The notes beneath the pieces were generated by a model. It saw only the letters and a program-made list of their open reading frames with translations. It did no database searches and was not told the DNA's origin. Shown here piece by piece: positions 1 to 13,495 of a DNA stretch of 64,000 nucleotides; positions within the stretch are counted from its first letter, which is position 1; each line of letters begins with the position of its first letter. The DNA comes from Takakia lepidozioides. Taxonomy: Eukaryota; Plantae; Bryophyta. A program made the position numbers and the translations under genes. The DNA lies in assembly GCA_030704615.1 (NCBI GenBank), contig CM060731.1, forward strand, positions 83,018,001 to 83,082,000, given 5' to 3'.

Positions 1-779
1 TTCTTAAGAGGAAGAGTTGCAATCACAAGTAGCATTGTGAAACTTGCCAGAGTGTTTGATAGTGTCCGATTACTTAGTCATGAGAAATTTGGTAAATGCA
101 CGCCATACAGTGGAGTTACCTACTAGTATTTGGTGTATGGGTTGGCCTCATCAACTGTTATGTATTACTATTTGCTACAGCTCTTTAAGACGCATGACAA
201 GAGAGGAAAACAGGCTAGGGATGTGTTTGAAAGGCTTATATGTATACAAGTTTGCTACTCACTTTCACTAAACATTTGAGGTGCAAATTTCCACTTTCAC
301 CTTTCATGAACTCCTGGATTTTTGTTTGTCTCTCTACTACTATGCCATTAGGTCATTCTCTGTGCATGTCAAACTGAATATGGAGGCATGCAGAGTCGGA
401 ATGTGAAGAGGTAACAAATAACAGAAGCGCATCGGAATGTTCTAAGAGATTTGTGCAGAAACATTGAAAGGCCAGAATCAGTTGACCACACTTCTCCGCA
501 TACTGCTCGGTGGATTAAACACAAGACTCACCAAAAAGGTTGTCTCACATCACAATGCTATGGCAAGCAAAGTCTTAGGAGTACATTCTCTCTCTTCTCC
601 CCCACCTTCCATGCTCCATCCAAATCTGGCCTACCATAATCCCCAATCACTACAGGCAATCCAAGTCTAATAGCTGCATTGTGCTGCCATGGACTGGTTT
701 GCTTGTAATGAATCAAATAGAGCTTGTTACTTCCAGATGGAGGGTTTGGTTTTCTGAGTGCTTACATGCATCCACTACC

Positions 780-897
780 GTACACATCTAGTGACAAGGA
801 ATTGACATCTGGGCAGGTTTAAAAACTTGGACATCCTTGTACACATCTAGTGATAGGGAATTGACATGTGGGCAGGTTTAAAAACTTGGACATCCTT
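780..897. repeat. Tandem duplication, 2 x 59 bp
   Basis: gtacacatctagtga...ttggacatcctt occurs at 780-838 and 839-897 with a few mismatches. Confidence 0.9.
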
Positions 898-1092
898 CTT
901 CCAACCCAAAAAGTGGCTGCCAGCCACCTCTGCACACTGTCAGGTGTTCTCATAAATGACTGGAAGCAAAAGGCCAAAAGAAAGCCTGCTGGAAGAGGAC
1001 TGATACTCACCTCTATTGTGCACTGTCACTATGACGAGTGTATGAATGGATTTCAGTGTCCACAAGACTGACAAGAATCATACTTGTCTCTC

Positions 1093-1230
1093 AGCCTAGT
1101 AACTGTGCACCCTACTGAGCCCACTAGGAGTCGGGTGCATGTACCATTTGCTTTGCTCTAAGCCTAGTAACTGTGCATCACCCTACTGAGCCCACTAGGA
1201 GTCGAGTGAATGTACCATTCGCTTTGCTCT
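1093..1230. repeat. Tandem duplication, 2 x ~68 bp
   Basis: agcctagtaactgtgca...gctttgctcta is repeated head to tail. Confidence 0.85.
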
Positions 1231-1239
1231 ATGCACTTC

Positions 1240-4200
1240 AGTCGTGGCTAACAGTCTTGAATGGTCTTTTTCAATCGCCCCGCTCCTTTCTTCTTGAGAG
1301 CTCTGCAATCAAAAGATGCAATCAGTCGATGATTGCCGAGAACTAATTTCTCAAAACTTTTGCAACCTAATAGGAACATGTGCCATGTAATATGATCAGT
1401 GATTCTTCTGAGGTAGAATCACTAGTGCTCAGTAACTCACCGTATTTTTGCCTCATAGAAACGCAATTTCTCTAGTAATAATCGCACAGTCTCATCAGCT
1501 TCAAACTCCCTTGCGGCTTCTTCTTCAGTGTCTGTTTCCTGTGAGAAGTTTTGAGACATCTCTAAATTCTTATTGAGTGTTCGAATCAATCTTGGAGGAG
1601 GGAAGTTGGTTTGTGAAACAAGGGTGGGACTTGCTTTGGGATCTAGGCTTGCCTTTGTAAAACCCCTTCCTCCGGAAGAAACACGAGGGTAAGTCCATTA
1701 GAAATGAGTGCGGAAGACAAGATTTGCCCTATCAAGGAGCAATATGTGAATGGCAGTAAACTACATCCGAAAATCTCTATTGTCTGGCCTCTCCTGCCCT
1801 CTGTGTGGTCTTCTAGTGCTGACATTGTGTCAATTATGGCCACACCAAACGTATGAGATACAGTTGAAGCATTGGATCTCACAGTGATATCATGATAGCC
1901 TGTGAATCGACACTAAATTCTCTATAGTTGAACTGTCGTCAGCCGGTATGGCCAGTATGTCTATTACAGGTTGGGTGTAATAACCGGATGGGTTAAAATG
2001 CAACAACCCCTCTGGGAAAGGCAGTCACTATTCTGCACCCTCATAGGGTGTATCAGCGCCAATATTCAAAGGTAAAAAGACCATCTCCCTCACATCCTGT
2101 ATATGTGGGAGCCGATAAAAAATTCAAGGTTTTAAAGGAAGAAGGCCGTGATATTGCTTGCCTGAAGAGGCCCTGTAACTCGTCGCAGGAGGGAGGCAAG
2201 GGCAGCTACACTGTTCGCTTGGCAAATTCTTCCTTCTACTTCCACCAACTCACTATCCCTTTCTTGGTTTCCCAGATGTTCCATCCACATCCCTTGAAAT
2301 CCAATGTGGATGCCATTTGCTGACCCCCTGTTTGCTCCCTCGAGAGTCCTGAGCATGTTGCCATAATCCGATGACTGGAAAGTCATCGTTTCCATCCCAG
2401 CATTTTCCTCATCAGGACAACTTCTGGGGGTCTTTGCAAGGAACTTGGAGCCACCTTTCTCTCCGTCAGTCCTTGACCGTGTGTCTGAGACGTCTTTGGA
2501 TGAGTATGAAGGAGTTTCCTTGATCTCCAGCGGCTCAATCATTTCATCATCATCCAGCCAGTCATTTATAACCTGTGCCCAAAAGTGAAGGAAACAGCCG
2601 ATTTAATCAACTTTGGAGCTGTGATTTGACTTTGTTTTGTCATTCCCCATTCTAGAATGGGAATGTGAAAATGGATATGTTCTGTTCTGTCCCTTGACAC
2701 TTTAGGCTTCCCATGGACATAATAAAGTTTCTTTCTTTCTTAACTGCCTACTTCTAACAAGGCCTACAGCTTGTGGAAGTGCCGAAGAGGCTTTTCTTGC
2801 TATCGAATTGTTTGCAACATGCTCTTCTCCCATAAGCTCTTTGGGATTCCTATTGATGTTATAAAGTTGACAACTTTCTTTCTCTCTCCAGCACCAATGA
2901 TCAAAAACCGGTACCAGAGAAATATGCAAGTTATTGTACAGTGCTTGGGTAGAATAACACCACAAAAAGTAAAGCATGGAGTTCTTACCTCCAATATCAG
3001 AGAATCCAATTCAGGCCATGCCATTGAGAATGTTCTAGGCTTGAGCAGCCATGGATGTTCTGTGACTACCAGCCTGCAGGTGTCAGAATTTTCAAAGTGG
3101 CAGTCTCTGATGGTCAGAACTCTTGGCCGAGTAGTTGTGGGGTCCTCTGTCGAACCCGTGGGTACACATCCACTCTGTCCTTCCAACGACCTGATGAGAG
3201 AAGGAACTGGGACACCTCCCGCAACCCTGCCAGCTTTGTGGACTGAGGTGCTCACAGCTGGCACATAAAACTCTTTTGCCTTATGGTCACATTTTCTCAT
3301 GTGCATATCCAGTGCGCAGCTATGTGGTGGCAGGGAGACAGACAGATCATGTGCATTTCCATCTTGAACTGGCAGGCAAATGCAGGTATATGGACCTTGT
3401 GTGTAGCAAGGCTGCACAGCTTGACCAGTCTTGGGCTGTACCATCAATGAGCCGCTGACAGCTGGTATGCAAGAGTCTCGTGTCTCTTGACGAGTCTCAG
3501 TATGTCTCCCTATTGAGCTGCTGCTAGCTGCTACTACATTCGAACCTCCAGCACCATCTATCCACATTGCCTCCACTTCCTCTGTACCTACTACTATGTT
3601 TGAGGCAGTGCTCAACAGTCTAGGGAGAGGGGTAGTTACAGCACACCATTTTGGAGGTTTCATTACACTCAGTCCATGCACCAATGCATGTGATCTGCAG
3701 TGGAAGTGAGCATGTATATGGTTTTAGATATGCAGGAGAAGAAAATGAAGGCGATGCTCTCTGCAACTAGTATGTAAATACTAAATAAAAAAGAGGGCGT
3801 ATGTACACACAGCACACAGCTATTAATGTTTGCATAGGAAAAGTGGAGTTTTGTTCAGTTTGAGTGCGACACATTGAGTTCTGGAGTGTGCCACATTGGC
3901 AAACTGGATGAGCACAGGAACACTCACCTGCACTCCCTGTCCTCCAGATCATCAATGAGGAGTTAGCTAGTTACCTTGATCACAAAATTCCACTTGTTGC
4001 ATACTTGAACAGCAAAAACACCAGACAAAAAAATCTCAACATTTGTAACCTCAATTGGTTTAGTTCCATCCCACAGAATCTGGGAAGTCCCATAGATATT
4101 GCATGAAAGTAACAAATGATGTGCCTCTAGCAATCCAAATGCATTGCTGATGGAATGAGGATTACTACATAAACTCCTGCAAGTGAAAGCTGACTCACTC

Positions 4201-7093
4201 CAAACTAAAGGTCCCATGACAATACCTCTGTATTTTTCGATCAATTGCAGACCCAAGGCTTTTGCGGTGAGACAAATGTTGTCGGTATCGATGTGCCAGT
4301 TGCTCTTGATTAGGTATAACCAACAGAGGCTCCCCACCTGGAGCCTGTGGTTTCAGGCTGGCCCGAACTCTTTGAGGACTCTCCAGCACTGCTATCGTAT
4401 CCCTCCCCATAACAGCTGCTTGCCTGGCTATTTCTAACCCCCGCAGGCAACATGAAACCTCTCCTGCTGAACTCTTCAGGTAGCTTTGACTCTCCATCTC
4501 TTGTGCACGAAGCTGGCAGGTATCATCCTGCCGATGTCCCCCACCTGGTCCAGTCTTCAAGGAGCTTTTACAGCAGCTTTTGCTTTTCTTCTCCAAAAGT
4601 TTCACTGACTCCACCCTTGGCACAGCCAGCTGCTCGGTCTCATCCAGCCAGTGCCCACCACATATCCCATCTGCTGCTGAGCTGTTCCAGAAACTTTTGC
4701 TCTCTAGAAATACTGCAGTGTCCACACCAGATGGCTTAATGTTCGTCAACAGGTGCCTCCCACCTGGACACAGTCTTGGGAGAGATTTCCAGCAACCTTG
4801 ACTCTCTCGAACTGTGTCAGTGTCCATCTTGCTAACACAGGCCTGCCCAGTTTTCTCCAAGTGGTGCCCTCCATCACCAGAACCTTGTTTCACCAGGCAT
4901 CTTCTCTTTTCCACAACCATGTTCAAATCTGGCTGATCTGATGCAGGAATCACGGACTGACCAGCTATGCGAGCATCATTGTGTGATTCCCAGGCTACAA
5001 AAGGGAAAGATAGTGGTGACCCCTGCCATCGCTTTTCAGAGGTCGTTTCTAGAACAGCCCCAGTTTTTCTTCCTCTGTCCAGGTCTCTGTAGAAATCACC
5101 AACCTTACGATTTCCCAGAACTGCAATGGGACCTAAGACACAAAACCATAGATTCCCAACACCTCATAAATCTAAGAAAGTACAGCAGTTGGTCCAATGA
5201 TAAACATGACAGAAACTTTCGTCAGGAATAGTCTGTACGGAATGGTCATCTGTTGAATGACTTGGACAGAACTAGAGCATGTTGAAACAACACAAAACTA
5301 AAGAAGCTCAACCTACCTTTCTTCCAATGAAATGGGAGAGATGTTCTCTCTGCACTGGTGGGACTCGGTTCGCAAGGGCTGACATGTGGGCGGTAAGCTA
5401 TAGGAGCTGTCCCTATATCTGGCCCAATTTTGGGGTTTCCAAGCAACCAGTCATACAACATATTGCTGTGCTCTATCCCCTTGTTTAGAAACTTCATGGC
5501 AGCTTTGATGGCAGCAACCTCTCTTTCTTCTTCCTCTTGCTTTGACCTTACTTTGCTGTCCTCCTGAGGTCTTCCACCTTACACATGGATCACAGAAACT
5601 CGCATCAAATGAACCAGCAATATTATTTATCAGAAGTTCCTGAGGTCAGAATATATCAAAAGGGAAACGTAGATTTACAACCGCAAATGTGCCAGGGCCC
5701 TATCATGGTAAAATATGCAGGGAAGCAACTGATACCATGCCACCAGAGCTGACCTTGAAGGACCAGAATTCAAAGCCATGTGTGACGACAAGCACCATCT
5801 CACAGAACTGTTGAAAGGCTGCTGCTTAACAGTCTGCCTTCATTAGCACCAAAAGCAGTCATCATTTGCACAGAAATCTTCAGATGAACCTCTTCGCTCC
5901 AGCCTTAGCCAAAAGAGAAAGAAAAGAAAAACCTTTTCATCGTTCTATTATTTAGAAATACTACCTGCATCAGAGGTATCTCTGAGTTCACTCCTGCTTT
6001 TTCTCCAGCCTGGATTCACCATGTCACTGGGCTCCTCTTGTTGTGTGAAATTGCATCTGTTGCCCCCTTTTGAACTCTGTTCGATGTTAAATTTGCTCTC
6101 CCCAAGCACTCTCTTAATCTCTTCAAACTGCCCTGTCCCAGTATTCATAGTATTTCGAGATTTCTCACCATTGTGCAACTGCCCTCGCCCAAATGCATCT
6201 GACCTGTATCCCCGTCTACATTCATCCTTCAATAAGCTCGGGGCTTCAAATGTGCTGTCAGACTTGGGATTGAGAGCAAGGCGGGTCTTTGAAGTCCTCC
6301 CTATTTCCATGGCCTGTACGCTGCACATGCCACCAGAAATTTGTATGTTTCATTGAATGTATAGCGCTGGCAGGATGAGAACTATAGGTTATCTACACAT
6401 TTGTTGGCGGAGTCTCCTCCTACAAGTAGTGTTTGCGCCTTAGTGACAGGGATCACTGGTACTTGTTTGAACTGAGATGTACCTGGGCGCAAGAGTTCCA
6501 ATGGACGTTTTCTGCACAGATGTCCTAGCACCCAATCACAAAGAGATTACACCGGTTAAAGAGTGTGAGGGTAAGAGAATTCACATCAAACTCTTGGGTC
6601 CTCCTCCTGCTAGGCAGACATGCTATACTGACCCACAAGCTCTTAAAAAAGTTAGTTAGTTTTGGCTGGTGTAGGTGTCTCTCTTGGTTGTTTATGTCCC
6701 CAGATCTGATTGTGTATTCAAGGTGGAAGTATGGTACATAACTTTCCAGGAATCCACAGCTTGCTGCTGTTGATCACAAAGTTTGATCTTCATAGCTGAA
6801 GTTAATGTTGATACTAAGCACTTCTCTGAGGGCATGGTCTGTGCTCTAAATTGATTGCAGCAACTTTACTGTGAGACATTCCAGGAACTCAGGAGGATCG
6901 ATTTCCCAGTAGATCCGGAGATGGGGTACATACGTGTGTCATTAATTCTTGTGGAAACTTTTAATAGCCAGCCTCAACTGAAACAGTTCTACCTTCGGTG
7001 CAACACCTCGGCCGCACGGCGATCAAGCTCTTGCAAGTCTGCCCCATCTAGCCTCCCCCCGTTCTGCCTTGGGAAGGTCTCACAAAAGCCCAT
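1240..7093 (-). CDS. Multi-exon host gene of unknown function; boundaries approximate
   Basis: A series of minus-strand open segments end at GT donors (e.g. ...EVLHRR|gtag ~6992, ...PFHWKK|gtagg ~5317, ...DSLILE|gtaag ~2988, ...RFYEAKIR|gtgag ~1441), with AG acceptors such as cag|VINDWLDDD ~2572. The protein is mostly low-complexity with a C-terminal coiled-coil-like EEEAAREFEADETVRLLLEKLR. No family recognised; full exon chain not resolved. Confidence 0.4.
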
Positions 7094-8156
7094 CTGTTGC
7101 AAATGAAGTCATTGTCATCCTCAGATTGGGAAGTGTATATCATAGTACAGAATACAAGCTGGCTGTATGACTGTCGGAGTCACCTAACCCTATAAATATC
7201 GTAGCAAGTCGAATCAGACCATATAATTGTAATTGAGGTCTACACTGGCCGATAGACGCAGTTTTATCACATCCAGGGTCTAACCAGCACTGCAGCCAGA
7301 CAAACAGAAATAGAATGGTCGGAACTCGTTTCTCTACTGATCGGGTCTGAACTAGAGATGTACTGATCTAACAAAGCAGGTACAGGTACTCTTCTCACTG
7401 TTTGTTGCTCATTTACCAAGGGTATGTGGCTCTCCATGGACGTTGACATGAAACTGTTTACCAATCAAATAAACTATGAAGTAACCACCATTTCGCGAAA
7501 ATCGCCACAGTTGGGCAAACCTTTACAAAAGAAATGAATTGATTTAAACGTTACCACACGATCGCGAGCGGCATATACCGGGTGTGACCGCAGGATTTCA
7601 ATTAAGCATACCTGGTCTTCAATTCTCCACCTTGTGGCTTGTAAAATTGTTTTGTTGCTCTCACTAGTAAGTTTTCAGATATCGGCCAGTTGAACAGCTG
7701 CACAGCTTGGCACCTGACTGCACCTTCTGAAATGCAGACAGGTCGTCTCTAGACCTTCGAATCGCTTCTCCAATGGTTCAGTAAAACACTTGACTCTCGC
7801 CAGTAGTCAAATCATACCAGTGACATGTTTCTCAAGCAATCGAATGGATCCAGATAACATCATTGTACAGCATTTAAAAGTTTTCCCTCGTGAGTGCGTC
7901 ATAACGACACCGACATTAACGTCTCAAATTACTAAAGTGATGAAAACTTGATCCTAGCCTAGATAACAATGACAGAAGGTCGAATTCAAGGTGACGATCA
8001 GGCAAGAAGGGAGAGAGAGAGGGGAGGAGCCATCGCCAGACCTTCCTGGTCCGTAACCGTAGGGACAGCGCGTATCACGTTTCTTGACGGATGCTGTCGG
8101 ATGAAACAGACCTCGTTCAGTTGGATGGACCATTAAACTTTATGTAATACTTTCCA

Positions 8157-8181
8157 ATATATATATATATATATATATATA
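8157..8181. repeat. (TA)n microsatellite
   Basis: About 12 TA units flanked on both sides by TACTTTCCA. Confidence 0.95.
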
Positions 8182-8271
8182 CTTTCCACAGGGTAAGATG
8201 CTAGGGTAAAGAACTGTGATATTTTTTCCTAGTTCATTTTTAGGTCGTCAATAGTGCAGAAGATTGCACTG

Positions 8272-8549
8272 TACCTTGAGTCCGGCCCCGTAAGGTCCTT
8301 GCCACGCTGGCAAAATACCTTAGGGGGGCCGGAAGGTACTAAGAATATCATGGTTTTTTACACCGGAGAAGGGTCTCAAGAGAGACCCTTCTCTTGAGAC
8401 CCTTCTCCTATACGAACTGACGTCAAGGTCGGTGGTCAGACGGGACATTGAACTTCATGTGTAAAGAACCAGGGCCAGGTGCTTCATTGGTACTAGTCCG
8501 TAACCACCTCCTCGCAAAGGGCTCGTACTAGTGAAGCACTTGCCATGGT
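8272..8549. repeat. Cluster of three stem-loops
   Basis: Imperfect inverted repeat (IR) 8272-8339; perfect 18-bp arms GGAGAAGGGTCTCAAGAG/CTCTTGAGACCCTTCTCC at 8365-8408; imperfect IR ~8475-8545. Confidence 0.8.
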
Positions 8550-8754
8550 TTTTTATCCAACATAAAGATTTTTTCAAAAAATACATGGCATAAGATAGGT
8601 AACCGTACATGAGTGAGGTTACATTTCATAAGCACCTTGCCAGCTTGGAAACTGGTTAATCTGCAAATGCGACTGTAAGAGTGGAAGCCAAGGACGGTTC
8701 ATTGATATTCACATAGAAGGTTCTTAGATCTCGCTTTGCATTGCAGCCTAGGAG

Positions 8755-9133
8755 GTGGGGGAGGATGGCGTTGGGGAAACACGAATTGTCAGCCGGGCAC
8801 GAGATGATGTTGCGAGGGCCTACGTCATTCCACAATATACAGCTCGACACTACATAGTATATGGCTTGCAAGCGTCATCGTTGAATGTGTCGGCATCTCT
8901 TACTTCACCGACTGCCGCATCCATTTTTGGCCCACGTGCTGCAAAGACAGAGAGTATTCAAATTTTAAGTGACGAGGATGAGGACTATATGGTGGTTAGC
9001 AGCAGACGAGCATACTCCGCACCTCCACGCATGCGCACAAAGACCACGGAAGACGACGATGTACTTGAAGTGGACGTCGTAGACATATAGTCCTCTTTCT
9101 CTTAATTTATCAAGGACAATGCGTACATGGCGG
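8755..9133 (+). pseudogene. Probable N-terminal relic of a GCM/SWIM-type MULE transposase
   Basis: Weak similarity to the transposase at 44094 (SIFGP vs SILAP; EDDDVLEV vs DSDEVMEV). It joins the 11923-12137 relic at matching spacing once the 9134-12137 inversion is undone. Confidence 0.4.
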
Positions 9134-9134
9134 T

Positions 9135-10276
9135 CAAAATGTCGTCCAAATAGATGACTACAAAGTCATCTAAAAATTCTCGAAAGATGTCATTCATCAT
9201 ATGCTGAAAATTTGCTGGAGCATTTGTAAGACCGAAAGGCATAACACTGTATTCAAAATGTCCATACCTTTTTCGAAAAATTATTTTCCATTCGTCTCTT
9301 TCTCTTATCCGTATAAGGTTATAAACTCATCTCAAGTCAATTTTGGTAAAAATCTTCGTTCGTCCCAACTGGTCGAGAAGCCTAGAAATCAGCGGCAATG
9401 GATACGATTCTTAATTGTGACTTTGTTGAGACCGCGATAGTCTATACACATGCGTAATGATCCGTCATTCTTTTTCACAAACAAGATAGGCGCCCCCGCA
9501 GGTGATTTTGAATGTCGGATGAAGTTCTTCAACAAATTTTCATCAATGTACTCACGTAATGCAGCCAACTCCGTCTGGGATAAGTTATAGATTGGGCCGA
9601 ATGATGGTTGGGCTCCTTCTTGTAACTCAATTGCACAGTCATAAGGTTGGTGTTCTGGCAATATGTCTGCATTTTGCTTCTTGAAGACATCTTTGAAATC
9701 TTGATATTAAGTAGATAATGTTGAAGTACTTTTGTCTGTTGTGGTCTTGATCGGAGTCGCATAAAGTGCAAATGCCGCATGTTTTTTGGTAGCTCTCATG
9801 AAAGCTCTAGCTCCAAGAAACAGGGGTTGAATACCTTTGATATTTCTACATTTTTGTCTTGCAGAAATTTTTCGCGATCGCCAGTCAATGTCAGGATTGT
9901 GAAGTGCGAACCAGAGAAGTCCAAGGATCACAGGATTCGTTGGAGACTGGATGACGTTGAAAACAATATGTGATGTTTGATCTTCAAGCTTCACTTCAAG
10001 TGGTCGAGTTTCATGGTCAACATTTTCTGATGCTAACGGTCGTCCATCGATGACTTCAACGGAGGCCGATAGTTTATTCTTTACGAACGTTAAATTGTGT
10101 TGTTTCGCAAAAAAATTGTCAATAAAACATGCTGAAGCCCCTGAGTCCAAAAGTGCTTCTACAGAGATATATCGATTTTGCACTCTGATTTTTACCGAAA
10201 CTGTGAAGCAAGGTGTAGGGTCTAGAGGTAGAAAGAGACATTTTTTTGGTGAGAAATTTGTGGTGTCCAGTCGCAT
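9135..10276 (-). pseudogene. pol: Chromovirus pol, 5' part: aspartic protease and RT N-half
   Basis: ALLDSGASACFID protease motif; [27 protein letters not shown] and YLDD (9141-9152); stops and frameshifts. Confidence 0.93.
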
Positions 10277-10281
10277 GGTCC

Positions 10282-11305
10282 CTACTGTGACTGGACATCT
10301 TCGTTTTCCGACCTCCTCGTATCGAACACTTGAGTTGCACCCCGAGCTTTGAATCTTCTCTTATTGGGGCAGTTTAATGTTATGTGATCTTCTTCTCCGC
10401 AATAGAGGCATAATCCATTTGAGCGTCGTCTTTGTTTTTCTTGTGGCGTCAATGGCTTGAATCGGACAGCATCAATCTGCATAAGATCACTACTGGATGT
10501 CTGATGGATCGTTGTGTTTGGTGCCGTAGTAGCAGCGGCATGATGCGTCGTCGACCATCCAGATCGTTTCTTTTGATGTCTTTCGAACAAACGATTATCG
10601 CATACAATGACTTGGGTGATGAATTCGCTCAATGTGCTCACGTTTGATATTGTCAATAACAAATCTTTTACATCCTCTTTAGCCCACATCGAAACTGATT
10701 AATGAGACTCTTCTCATTCCAGTCAAGGTCGCACGCAAGTTGTCGAAATTTGGCAGCATAAACGGAAGCAGGACGTACTCATTGTCGAAGATTTCGTATC
10801 TTTGTCTCTGCAACTCTCTCTCTATCATTCTCTCCAAACGTTGCAGTGAACTCGGACATGAATGCTTCAAAATTGTATAGTAAATACAAAAAAAATTCTA
10901 ATAGCGATGCAAACCAAGATAGGGCAGTGTCTGATAGAAGGGTGCCCACGAATCCCACTTAAATACCTTCATCGGGGTAGCGTTGTGGATATAGTCGTAG
11001 AAACAGTCGTGCTTGTTGAACAAACTCGTCCCATCAAATTTCTCGGGCATGCTGATCTTTGGTTCTCTTGTAATCTGTTGAAGAGGAACCGTTGCAGTAT
11101 GAGCTGTTGCAGTAGAGACTCGTATGGTTCAAGATCCATCGTTCGACTCCTTTAACTCTGAAATTTGTTGTTGCAAATTGTGGAGAGCGTTGCCAAGATC
11201 TTGATACTGATCAGCTTGTAATTGGGCGGTAGAGGTACGAAGTTCTTGCATCTGGAGCTGAAGACTCTGCAATGTTGCTACTATTTCCGCAAATGTGCCT
11301 TCCAT
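10282..11305 (-). pseudogene. gag: Chromovirus gag
   Basis: ATG at 11305 just after the primer-binding site (PBS); CLYCGEEDHITLNC zinc knuckle; frameshifted. Confidence 0.88.
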
Positions 11306-11326
11306 CTTAACTGACTATGGAACAAA

Positions 11327-11343
11327 CTTTAGTCTCGTCAAAC
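11327..11343 (-). promoter_or_regulatory. Non-tRNA (self-priming-type) primer-binding site
   Basis: GTTTGACGAGACTAAAG directly follows the LTR 3' CA and is complementary (14/15) to CTTTAGTCTCGCCAA in the LTR downstream of the TATA box. Confidence 0.7.
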
Positions 11344-11922
11344 TGTCAAGGACAAGAACATGACTGAACACAAACAAGAGATCAGACTAGAGGTACAAGA
11401 CTAGACAAGAAGTCAAGGTCGGCGTGGCCGAATGCATGGTGGGTAAACATGAATCAAGATGATCTTTATAACAATGGACAAGAGTACAAAATACTGGAAC
11501 TCGACTTGAATACTGGAATGTTGGAAACTGGACTGGAGTACCAGATACTGGAAACTGGACTAGAGTACTGGAATTGGAAACAATAGTAGCTTGAACTTGT
11601 GTTGGCGAGACTAAAGAGTGTCCAGTCTCGCCTCCTATATATACTGGCTATTAGGAAGTTCCCTAAGAAGCTTCCCCAATGGAGATTTTTCGATGGAGAA
11701 GTTTCCAAGGTTAAACAAAGGTTTCTTGATAGAGAAGTTTCCTTAAACAAAGGAGGTATCTTGATGGAGAAGTTTCCTCCAAAGGAAGCTTCCTGAGCAG
11801 TTTTTCAAATTACTCATGGTAACTTGGTAATTAAAGATAATTTATGATAAATCATGGTAGATCATGGTAAATCACGGTATAACTTTCGGTAACTTAAGTT
11901 GTTCTGGGCTATGTCCGTGGCA
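11344..11922 (-). repeat. Chromovirus 5' LTR (579 bp, TG...CA)
   Basis: TGCCACGGACATAGCCC...CTTGACA on the minus strand; homologous to 14078-14490; TATATATA box ~11636-11643. Confidence 0.92.
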
Positions 11923-12137
11923 CCGTCCAGCTGGCCCGCTGCACTGCTATTTTTCTATCGGCGGCAACTCGTACACAATGTCCTCATCTACTCTTCTGGA
12001 TAAATGGTTCGCCTTCACTATTTGAATACTGTCAAAGTCGATCCTTGAAAGCTCGTTGTGGGATGTGGTGCTGGTGCGAAGGAGCTGCAAGACCTCCACC
12101 ATTGATTTTGTGCCGACAGCTGCGGTTCTGCGAGTAA
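11923..12137 (-). pseudogene. Relic of a GCM/SWIM-type MULE transposase (chromovirus target site)
   Basis: [49 protein letters not shown] aligns with SILEILRGLHLEGHRSELAGLDYSKFAIKSVTCLPADVDGNIFFEFPP of the 44094 transposase. Confidence 0.7.
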
Positions 12138-13495
12138 ATGTCAAATTTTTGGGCTATATTATTTCCGACAAATGCGTCTTTATGGATCAGAAGAAAATAC
12201 AAACCATCATCGAGTGGATTAAACCAACTTCGATCCGAGATGTACAATGTTTTCTGGGATTTGCGAATTTTTATAGAATCTTCATCAATGACTACTCCAA
12301 AATTGCTGCACCATTGACATGACTCACAGGGAAGGACAAATTTGTATAGGACGAGAAGGCTGACCAGGCATTTGAAAGGCTGAAGCAGACATCTACAACG
12401 GCTCCAATACTGGTACATGCAGACCCATCTAAACCATTCTTTTTGGAAGCAGATGCATCGGACTTTGCACTTGGCGCTATACTCTCTCAATACGGTATGG
12501 ATGACTGACTTCACCCTGTTGGTTTTCGTTCTCGCAAATTTTCCGCTGCAGAGATCAATTATAAAATCCATGACAAAGAACTTATAGCGATCATCGATGT
12601 TTTTGAGAAGTGGCGTCATCTATTGGAGGGAGCTAAACATCAGGTCACTGTCTACACCGATCATAAAAACCTCGAATATTTTATGAGTGCTCGTGTTTTG
12701 AATCGACGTCAAGCAAGATGAGGTATGTCACTAGCAAGGTTTGATTTTGGAGCAGTATCTTCGTTGTACGATAAATTATCACCAAGATAATTGGACGGAC
12801 CTTCTGTCATTGGCTGAGTTTGTCTACAATAACACTATACATTCTTCGACCAAACAAACTCCATTTTTCTCCAATTATGGTCATCATCCTCGAGCAAACC
12901 ATTTTCACATGAAGACTGTTGGAAGCCCTGCTGTAGAAAACCATGCTACTCATTTTGCTACGATTCACAATGAGCTTACATTTCACCTCGCAGAAGCTCA
13001 AAAACAATGCAAGGAGTATGCAGATCAACATCGCCAACTCCAACCCCAGTTCAAGGTCGGAGATCGTGTGTGGCTTCTTCGACAAGACATACAAACCTCG
13101 CGACCATCAAGGAAGTTGGATTATCAACGCTTAGGACCATTCAAAATTATTCGACAAATAAATCCGGTCAGTTTTCGGCTTGAACTCTCACGAAGTATGT
13201 GCATCCATCCAGTCTTTCATGTTTCATTATTGGAGTTGTATCATCCATCGAATATTCCAGGGAGAGTCTCCGTACTACCTCCACCAATCGAAGTCAATCA
13301 GGAAATCGAGTATGAAGTCGACGAAGTCTTAGTCTCTCGCATCAAGTATAAACGTCTTGAGTATTTCGTACATTGGAAAGGCTACGACATCAGCGAATGA
13401 ACGTGGGGACCTTCATCTAACCTCGCCAATGCATCTGTCAAAATCCAAGAGTTTCATCAACGATATCCAGCTAAGCCCCGAGCTACACGTCAATA
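12138..13495 (+). pseudogene. pol: Chromovirus pol, 3' part: RT C-end, RNase H, truncated integrase, chromodomain
   Basis: [41 protein letters not shown]; deletion near 12745 removes most of the integrase core; chromodomain EYEVDEVL...YFVHWKGY. Confidence 0.93.
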
